Part shown: positions 57,268 to 64,000 of the stretch, in pieces | Layout of the letters: the number at the start of each line of letters is the position of its first letter | Numbering within the stretch: position 1 is the first letter of the stretch | Assembly: GCA_037310415.1 (NCBI GenBank) | Contig: CP147780.1 | Span: 2,560,001-2,624,000 of the forward strand | DNA: 64,000 bases | Direction: 5' to 3' | DNA from: Candidatus Atabeyarchaeum deiterrae | GTDB lineage: Archaea; Asgardarchaeota; Atabeyarchaeia; Atabeyarchaeales; Atabeyarchaeaceae | Notes under the pieces: model-generated | What the model saw: only the letters and a program-made list of their open reading frames with translations | What the model was told of the DNA's origin: nothing | Database searches by the model: none | Program-made: the position numbers and the translations under genes

Positions 57268-58422
57268 TCATGCCTTTTTCGGCTTTGCTCCCAGTTTCCC
57301 TAGAACGGATTTGATTCCGTTGAGAGTCACGTTTACCTCATTCATGGTGCACGTCCCCATCGTTCCGACTCTGAAGATCTTGCCTTTTGTTTCACCCATT
57401 CCGCCAGCTATCACGATTCCTGTATCCTCAAGCAGCTTCTTTATCATGTCCGCAACGGGCAAACCCTGCGGTCCAAATGACGCTGTCACTGTGTTTGAAG
57501 AATATTGTTCCTCTTTTGGAAATAGCTTCAGTCCAAGTTGCTTTAGTCCCTCTCGCATTGCTTTCGCGCAGTCTGCATGTCTCTTTATCCTTTTATCGTA
57601 TCCTTCCTCCTTGAGCATCTTGAGAGCCTCTTGTAGCGCGTAGAATAGAGGAACTGCTGGCGTGAATGGAGTCTGGTTCTTCTTGTGGAATTCTCTGATT
57701 TTTGAGAGATCAAAGTAAATTGTCTCAACCTTTTCTTTCCTTTTTTCAACTTTGCTCCAAGCGTCTGCCCCTAGAGATATAAACGATAGTCCAGGCGGAC
57801 ATGCTAGGCATTTCTGTGATCCTGTTACAACCACGTCAACATTCCAATTGTCCATGTGCAGGTAGTCGCCACCAAGATTCGAGATTGCATCAATCATGAC
57901 TAGGACATCATGTTCTCTGGCTATTCTCGTTAGCTCCTCAGCGGGGTTTCTAATGCCGCAAGCAGTCTCATTGTACACGAACGCAATCATCTTTGCATCG
58001 TCATTTTCGTGTAGCACTTCTTCAACAGCATTTGGCTCGATTTGTGTTCCAAGCTCAAATTTGGGATTTACAACTTGGGCTCCAGCTTTCTCAATCGCTT
58101 CGGCCAATCGCTCACTGAACTCCCCGTTCGTCGGTACGATGACCTTGTCTCCTTTCTCAACGACGTTTAGGGCGGCACACTCCACTGCTCCCGTTCCGGA
58201 CGCGGTCAATGGGTAGACGTCATTTTTCTGAGTCTGGAATAAGTACTTGAGTCCTTCGGCTATCTCGACGTAAAGCTTCTCAAACTCAGCGCCCCTGTGG
58301 TTAATCACCGGTTTAGACATAACTTTGAGTATTCTTTCAGGAACTTGGGTAGGACCAGGCAACATAATCAATTTCTCTGGCATACGATGAAACACAGCTC
58401 CCTTTCCTTTTTCAGTTACCAT
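57268..58422 (-). CDS. Class V PLP aminotransferase (alanine-glyoxylate/serine-pyruvate type)
   Basis: MLPGPT, SGTGAVE, NETACG, DAIS, TGSQKCLACPPGL, PFTP, FRVGTMG. Confidence 0.94.
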   Translation of the reverse strand: MVTEKGKGAVFHRMPEKLIMLPGPTQVPERILKVMSKPVINHRGAEFEKLYVEIAEGLKYLFQTQKNDVYPLTASGTGAVECAALNVVEKGDKVIVPTNGEFSERLAEAIEKAGAQVVNPKFELGTQIEPNAVEEVLHENDDAKMIAFVYNETACGIRNPAEELTRIAREHDVLVMIDAISNLGGDYLHMDNWNVDVVVTGSQKCLACPPGLSFISLGADAWSKVEKRKEKVETIYFDLSKIREFHKKNQTPFTPAVPLFYALQEALKMLKEEGYDKRIKRHADCAKAMREGLKQLGLKLFPKEEQYSSNTVTASFGPQGLPVADMIKKLLEDTGIVIAGGMGETKGKIFRVGTMGTCTMNEVNVTLNGIKSVLGKLGAKPKKA

Positions 58423-58441
58423 CTCAATTCTATATTTTACT

Positions 58442-58465
58442 ATTATCCCCAGTGGTAGGGATAAT
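58442..58465. promoter_or_regulatory. Inverted repeat ATTATCCC-N8-GGGATAAT upstream of the aminotransferase
   Basis: Perfect 8-bp arms in the short pmbA/aminotransferase spacer. Confidence 0.4.
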
Positions 58466-58505
58466 TGGTGAGTTCGATATATTGTTATCTTTGGGGATTG
58501 TGTTA

Positions 58506-59876
58506 TTATTTCCCAGCCACTTGAACGTTATCGAACCTAATATAAGGCGACACACAAGAAAACGCTGATGCCCCAGACTCTATTTCTGCCGATTTGGAAA
58601 TCCCTGAAATGTTCTTGATCAAGTCAAATACTTTGCCCGCAACCAAGCCGCCTTTTACCGCCTGCTTCACTTCACCATTCTCTATGAGGTACGCGTTTCT
58701 TACCTCTGAGCTGAATCCCGACGAATACGGATCAGGGTTGAGCCAGCTGAATTGCTCAATCAACAGACCTTTTTCGACCTCTCCAATCAACTCATCGTAG
58801 CTTTGCTTGCCTGGAGTTATAGAGATGTTCGTTGGTGAGCCGATCACAGCGAGATTGAACTTGCTTAGAGGGTTTACCATGCCGCCTATAGGCTTGACGC
58901 CATTTCCTGTCGGTTTCTCTTTGAGCATCAACGCGTATTTCTGATCGTAAAGGAAGCTCTTGAAAACTCCTTTCTCGATTATTCGTGTCCTTTGCTGCGG
59001 GTTTCCTTCATCGTCGAAGCAAGCAGAAGATAGCCCGTAGTCTAAGAGTCCGTCATCCGATATTGAAAGATCTTCGGATGCTACTGACTGATCTTTTTTG
59101 AATAACGATTGATTCTTGAATTTTTGTTCCGCTCGTGCATGTGTCCCGACTGTGGGGACAATCGCGTCACATAGGGACTCAGGATTCAATATTACGGTCA
59201 TCTTTCCCGTAGGAGCCATCTGGGCTTGCAGCGTGTCCCTCGCGAGCTTGGTCCAGTGTGGCAGGATATCCTCAACTTTTAAGCCGTCAATTCTACGCCT
59301 ATACTTTCTGGGCCAAAACTCGGCAAGCTTTGCGCCGTCGGAGACCTTTAATGCCAGCTCAAGATAAAAGTATGTTTCAGTCTTCCTCTTGCTCATCCCA
59401 GCGCTATTCTCTATGCTTGTTTCAAAGAAATATGTTCTGATTTTTCCGAATGTGGGCTTTACAGGTATGCTTGACTGAGCCTCGGTCTTCAGGTTGTTAA
59501 GAAGAGACTCCGTGTAGCTCCCAATTGCTTCAGAAGCGCTGTCTCTGATTGTGTTATCAACAGTCGCGACCTGCGTATCAGGTTTTTGTGTGGGGAATTC
59601 ATACTTCATTTCCTGCCTGTTTAGTGTTGAGAAGAACTTTGCGTTGTGGATGCAAGTCTGTAATTTCGTTTCATCTGAGCATGATGCTAATCCAATGCCA
59701 ATTCGCTCGCCCTCTCTCGAAAGCACTCTGACGGCGTAACCTACAGCTTTGACGGGTTCACGGACTATTTCTACGTCAAATCCGCGCAACTGAATCTCAT
59801 TCACAGTTCCTTTGAGACAGTAGATATCGTACTCAGTGATTTTCTCTTTCTTGAACAGACGGTCATATTGGATCAT
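58506..59876 (-). CDS. pmbA: PmbA/TldE-family protein
   Basis: FDDEGNP, IIEKGVFKSFLYD, PTGNG, SGFS, IENGEV; no HExxxH. Confidence 0.88.
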   Translation of the reverse strand: MIQYDRLFKKEKITEYDIYCLKGTVNEIQLRGFDVEIVREPVKAVGYAVRVLSREGERIGIGLASCSDETKLQTCIHNAKFFSTLNRQEMKYEFPTQKPDTQVATVDNTIRDSASEAIGSYTESLLNNLKTEAQSSIPVKPTFGKIRTYFFETSIENSAGMSKRKTETYFYLELALKVSDGAKLAEFWPRKYRRRIDGLKVEDILPHWTKLARDTLQAQMAPTGKMTVILNPESLCDAIVPTVGTHARAEQKFKNQSLFKKDQSVASEDLSISDDGLLDYGLSSACFDDEGNPQQRTRIIEKGVFKSFLYDQKYALMLKEKPTGNGVKPIGGMVNPLSKFNLAVIGSPTNISITPGKQSYDELIGEVEKGLLIEQFSWLNPDPYSSGFSSEVRNAYLIENGEVKQAVKGGLVAGKVFDLIKNISGISKSAEIESGASAFSCVSPYIRFDNVQVAGK

Positions 59877-59882
59877 TGACGT

Positions 59883-61292
59883 TCACCCTCCTGACACGAT
59901 GGCTTTCTTGATCCTTAGATAACCTCCTCCGTCGCCAGCTGGCACGAAATCTTCGCTGCCCTTTCCGCATGTTCCAGGACCTAGCTTGAAGTCATTGCCT
60001 ACTCCGTCAATGTTTTTCAATAGATCTAGTACGCTTCCTGCGAGTGCCACTTCAGTTAGGGGCGTGGTGAGTTTCCCTTTCTCTATCATGTATCCTTTGT
60101 TTGATGTGCATTGTATTCCTCCCCCCAGAGGATCTTCCATTCCAAAGGACGAATTAACAAGCATGACACCACGCTTAACTGGTTCTAAGAGTTCCTCGAG
60201 TGACAAGTCTCCGGGAGCGAAGTACGTATTCGTCATCCTCACGAAGTGTTTGGCTAGGAAACTTTCGACTCTGCAGTTACTCGTTGGTTCTGCTTCCAGC
60301 GTTGATGCTGTTAGCCTGTCATGCAGGAAACCTTTCAGGACACCCTTTTCAAGCAAGACATTCTCTCTGGCCGGGATACCTTCGTCGTCAAAAACATATG
60401 ACCCCCAACCCTGAGGAACTATGGATGAATCGATGATGGTCGACTCGTCAGATGCCACTTTTTTGCCTACAAGTGATTTCAGGTATGAGCGGTCTCTCAT
60501 GACCTGGTCGGCTTCCAAACCATGCCCGAAGGATTCATGAGCTATTAGACCAGCCATGTGCTGGTCCAACACGACGGCTAACGCACCACTCGGAGGGGTC
60601 TCAGCTCCCAGCAACTCAAGTGACGACATCACAGTTTCCTGAGCCAGATCATTAAAATCAGTTTCTTCAACTAGCTCATATCCTCCAGTCCGACCTATCG
60701 ACCGGTAGTCAGCCCTGATCTTGTCTCCTTCTCTTGCAATTGGAACTATAAGTATACCTGTTCTGGTGACGACCTGTCTCATCAATGAACCTTCAGAATT
60801 AACAAACACTCGTTCAATCTGGGAATCGGTATGTCTTGTGCGAACGTTGATAATCCTTTCATCTATCTGCGCCGCAGCCTTGTTCAGCTTTCGGACATTA
60901 TCAAGTTTCTCTTCGAGTGGAACTTTGGTTGGATCCTTCTTAACTGGGAGTTCCTTGTTGATCTTCTGAGCCTTCTGCTTCTTGAGTTTGGTTGGAGATT
61001 TGGGTTTGCGTGTCGGTTTGATGAGTTTATTCGCCATTTCAGAGATGGCTTTCTTACTGACATCATATGAACTCGATGAGAACCATACACCGTCTTTGAA
61101 TGCGCGTATAAGAACACCTGTAAGCTCTGGTGTAGATATTTGTTCATCCACCTTGTCTTTCACGATGACGCATGATGACTGAGCATCGTACAAAGCATCC
61201 CAGTACTCGACTTTGCCATCAAGAATATTGCCAATACCCCCGAGAAGATCGTACATTCCTACAGTTCTTGAGCTCTTACTCATTGGAAACAC
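59883..61292 (-). CDS. tldD: TldD metalloprotease
   Basis: HESFGHGLEAD, FDDEG, RMTNTY, GTCGK. Confidence 0.93.
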   Translation of the reverse strand: MFPMSKSSRTVGMYDLLGGIGNILDGKVEYWDALYDAQSSCVIVKDKVDEQISTPELTGVLIRAFKDGVWFSSSSYDVSKKAISEMANKLIKPTRKPKSPTKLKKQKAQKINKELPVKKDPTKVPLEEKLDNVRKLNKAAAQIDERIINVRTRHTDSQIERVFVNSEGSLMRQVVTRTGILIVPIAREGDKIRADYRSIGRTGGYELVEETDFNDLAQETVMSSLELLGAETPPSGALAVVLDQHMAGLIAHESFGHGLEADQVMRDRSYLKSLVGKKVASDESTIIDSSIVPQGWGSYVFDDEGIPARENVLLEKGVLKGFLHDRLTASTLEAEPTSNCRVESFLAKHFVRMTNTYFAPGDLSLEELLEPVKRGVMLVNSSFGMEDPLGGGIQCTSNKGYMIEKGKLTTPLTEVALAGSVLDLLKNIDGVGNDFKLGPGTCGKGSEDFVPAGDGGGYLRIKKAIVSGG

Positions 61293-61389
61293 ACACTCTC
61301 TGAAGATGTATCAATATGAAATTGATGATTGTCATCCAGTGGGCGGTAGGTTGTAGCTCATTTCAATACTTAACCGTTTTCTGTTCTCG

Positions 61390-62391
61390 TCAAGGAGACT
61401 CTGTGTATTTAGCTTTTCGAAGTGTTTCAAAGGTACCGTACCCGCCCGTTATCCCGTCCAGTTCGAAATTCCCAAATGATTGAATCAGAATTGACTGGTT
61501 ACCTTTTTCGTCTTTGAATGGGACAGGGACGATTGGTCCAACATGAGCTATCAGTTTATGCTTCTTTCTTGAATAATCAACGATTTCCAGTTCGGAGCTG
61601 ACAGGGTAGACTCCATCTTTTCGGAATTTCTGATCAACTATTTTGATGGTCTTTAGTGGGATATTCTTTCCATCCTTGAAGAGAAATCCACCTGTGCTCA
61701 TTCGTCCGTCGTCTGCAACAATTGCTGCAGGGTTGATCGCGAGCTTGTCGTTGAACCATACTACATAATATAGCCAGTCACCTACGCCCGTCCAGTCTCT
61801 GACTCCATAAGTGTGGTCTCTCTGACCAATCATATTCCTCATTTCGTAGGTTTCTTCACCGATGCTTAATTTTCCATTTACTTTTGCAATCTGTTCCCAG
61901 TGTTTGTCTCCAGCCTTTTTGCCGAGTTCCAGCGATTCAGGCGTCATAAATTCCGCGTACTCATATGGCGCATTGATCGGGCTGAAGACAAATCTCATCT
62001 CAACCTTCGGAGTACCTGCAATCAGTTGGGGTTTCTCCCGAGCTTTCGGAAGAGTCTCAGGATCTTTAACCAAGATCATGTTTCCCTGAAATTCATAGTT
62101 CCATGAATCGTCGGACTGAGGTAGATGTGCCATCCCGCCTACCCTGAGATCTCGGGAATAATCCTTCGATTTTGTTGCTAGGTGATATCCGGCTACTGAT
62201 CCGTCTGGCAGGAAGAGAAAGAAGAATGTCATGCCTTCTGGTTTGTTTGGCTTGAACCCGATTCGAGAGACCCCTCCAAGCCTGTGTTCCTTTGAATAGA
62301 AGGCGAAGTAATATGACTCGTTCCACTCAGGGTGCTTTGAATTTGTTTTGTTTATTATCGGCTCCATGGTTCTGTCGCCAGTGATTCTCAC
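61390..62391 (-). CDS. Hypothetical protein with AttH/lipocalin-like (tocopherol cyclase-like) double beta-barrel
   Basis: WNESYYF, HWEQ, GQRDHTYGVRDW motifs; GTGA overlap with the upstream gene. Confidence 0.65.
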   Translation of the reverse strand: MRITGDRTMEPIINKTNSKHPEWNESYYFAFYSKEHRLGGVSRIGFKPNKPEGMTFFFLFLPDGSVAGYHLATKSKDYSRDLRVGGMAHLPQSDDSWNYEFQGNMILVKDPETLPKAREKPQLIAGTPKVEMRFVFSPINAPYEYAEFMTPESLELGKKAGDKHWEQIAKVNGKLSIGEETYEMRNMIGQRDHTYGVRDWTGVGDWLYYVVWFNDKLAINPAAIVADDGRMSTGGFLFKDGKNIPLKTIKIVDQKFRKDGVYPVSSELEIVDYSRKKHKLIAHVGPIVPVPFKDEKGNQSILIQSFGNFELDGITGGYGTFETLRKAKYTESP

Positions 62392-64000
62392 TTCAGCGTA
62401 ATGGTGCCGTTGTCGCCGTTAATAGTTATGATTTGGCCTGTCCGAAACATCCTGCACGCATTGGTTACATTGGTCACAGCAGGGATGCCGTATTCACGAG
62501 CGATCACAGCTCCATGGGATAGAATGCCGCCTGTCTCTGTAATCAGACCGCCTATCTTTGAGAAAACGGGACTCCATCCAGGATCAGTCCTCGGAACTAC
62601 AAGGATTTCTCCCTGCCTCACGCTCGACATGAAATCAATCTTGTCTATCACTCTGACAAGGCCAGTAATGGTCCCTTGGCTTGCAGGTATCCCTTGGAAT
62701 TCTGTACTGTCCTTCGTGAAACGTGTCGTATCGTTGTACTCGCTTGATCCGTGAAGGAACTTGGGAGGAATCGTGTTTTCATGTTCCAGGAAGTCGTCGC
62801 GTCGAGCTCTCAGAAGCACCAGAAGCCCTTTCGCATCATTCTTGTCGTACTCGGAAGAGACTAAGCCTTTGATTTCCTTCTTGTGCAGGAAGAATATATC
62901 TCCTTCAGAATCTAGTATGCCTTTCTTGACCAATACTCTTCCGATTTCGAGGTATGCACTTCTGATCCTCGTTATCCAGCGATCAAGGTTAAACCGTTGA
63001 TTCTCCCGAAAGACAATGTAGGTTCGAGCAGCACCCAAGATTTTGGAAAAAATGAACCATTTGAGAAAGCCAAAGTGCTGAGACCTCATTTTGGCTTCGA
63101 CGAGCCTATCGATCCTCTGTCGCTCTCCTGAGGCCATCTCCTTGTCCTTAACAGTATCCAGTCTGTCGCCCCTGACTAGAGTCTTGAGCACGTCAAATAC
63201 GTACTTGGGCGCTTCTCGCCACCGTGGGTAATACGTTTCTCGAGTGAATCCACGATCTCCGTAATCCTTAATGAACTTGTCAAATTCGGTTTTGAAGTTT
63301 CTCGCCGTGGGGGTTTTGCTGCTCGAGACGTAATTATGGAGGTCTTCTGATTTCTTATCTAGGATGATTGTCTTCAGCTCTGGGGAATCTTGAATAATGG
63401 ATGCCAGTTGATAGATCCTGTCGTTCGTCTCAGTCAGTTTATGTTTTAGTCCAGAGATTAGAATTGGATAGAGTTTCTTTGCTTCCTCCTTTCCCAAGAA
63501 CCTGCCTAGCAAGTATTGTGCTATCAGGTTCATGCCAATGTTGTGGACAGGTATCCCATATCTGACGAGTCTGTAATGAGCCACCATCTGTTCATCTATT
63601 TCATTAGCTAGATCGAGAAGTCCTTTTGTGTTGTTAGTCCCAACAAGCTTGCTTAGCTTCTTATCAAACCTATCGCAGTAAGGAGAAAATACCTCCTTAT
63701 CCCATTTTTCGTATGCTTTTGCAGTTTTCCCCATCCCGCCATTCGGATCGTTGAACATAACTCGCAGGTTTGCGATGAGATACCTGAATAGTCGGAAGGG
63801 TAATTTCTTGACAGTTTGTTTACCGTAAGGTCCGTAGCCTTCGGGGAAATAGTTCAAGACATCGTCGTTTCTGACAAAAGTGGGTATTTCATTTTCCACC
63901 TTGCGCTTCAAGACTCTCAGATTGAAATATGCGTGGGCTTTGTACAACTTCAGTAGCTGGTCATCCATACGCTTGTAACCCATTATGCTATTGAGCTCCA
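62388..64000 (-). CDS. PEP-utilising enzyme, rifampin-phosphotransferase/PPDK-like (partial, begins beyond the window)
   Basis: C-terminal His-swivel domain GIPASQG...TDPGWSP...TETGGILSHGAVIAREYGIPAV after a large helical domain; frame open to 64000. Confidence 0.85.
   Translation of the reverse strand, partial: ELNSIMGYKRMDDQLLKLYKAHAYFNLRVLKRKVENEIPTFVRNDDVLNYFPEGYGPYGKQTVKKLPFRLFRYLIANLRVMFNDPNGGMGKTAKAYEKWDKEVFSPYCDRFDKKLSKLVGTNNTKGLLDLANEIDEQMVAHYRLVRYGIPVHNIGMNLIAQYLLGRFLGKEEAKKLYPILISGLKHKLTETNDRIYQLASIIQDSPELKTIILDKKSEDLHNYVSSSKTPTARNFKTEFDKFIKDYGDRGFTRETYYPRWREAPKYVFDVLKTLVRGDRLDTVKDKEMASGERQRIDRLVEAKMRSQHFGFLKWFIFSKILGAARTYIVFRENQRFNLDRWITRIRSAYLEIGRVLVKKGILDSEGDIFFLHKKEIKGLVSSEYDKNDAKGLLVLLRARRDDFLEHENTIPPKFLHGSSEYNDTTRFTKDSTEFQGIPASQGTITGLVRVIDKIDFMSSVRQGEILVVPRTDPGWSPVFSKIGGLITETGGILSHGAVIAREYGIPAVTNVTNACRMFRTGQIITINGDNGTITLK

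Noticed and set aside
57055-57303. Plus-strand 82-aa ORF
   Set aside because: The opposite-strand CPxCG microprotein has an RBS, a TATA box and motifs; this ORF has none.
1-64000. CRISPR array, rRNA, transposase/integrase or prophage
   Set aside because: No regularly spaced repeats, long non-coding RNA-like tracts or mobile-element proteins were seen; nearly all space is ordinary CDS.

Overview
A gene-dense archaeal chromosome segment with GGAGG/GAGGTG ribosome-binding sites, frequent TTG/GTG starts and TTTATA boxes. It is most consistent with an Asgard archaeon: it encodes a Rab-like and an Arf-like small GTPase, a roadblock/LC7 protein, a V4R protein paired with a KaiC-like ATPase, and a eukaryote-type topoisomerase IB. 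Most genes are heterotrophic metabolism: glpA/glpB, two FGGY kinases, a polyol dehydrogenase, PfkB, PEPCK, hydantoinase A/B, GlcD/GlcF-like, a class V aminotransferase and three MFS permeases. Cofactor genes include coaBC, an ECF S-component with DUF4430, a lipoate ligase, and a LipS1/LipS2-type lipoyl synthase alongside E1a/E1b/E2. Housekeeping genes include hflX, dtdA and tldD/pmbA. I found no rRNA, tRNA, CRISPR array or mobile element. Best leads: (1) a translationally coupled pair of an N-terminally extended Arf-family GTPase (His at the catalytic position) and a possible longin/roadblock-like partner, inside a block that separates the 2-oxoacid dehydrogenase genes; (2) a small membrane protein that resembles both eukaryotic DPM2 and PIG-P; (3) an E2-lplA-AhpD-like cluster suggesting lipoyl-fed antioxidant defence; (4) two zinc-ribbon microproteins missed by the ORF track; (5) a perfect palindrome between an HTH regulator and a putative B12-uptake operon; (6) a leader ORF ending in a hairpin upstream of an ArsR/membrane-protein pair; (7) a probable frameshift in an M23-like gene. 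All assignments come from motif recognition by eye; no database searches were run.
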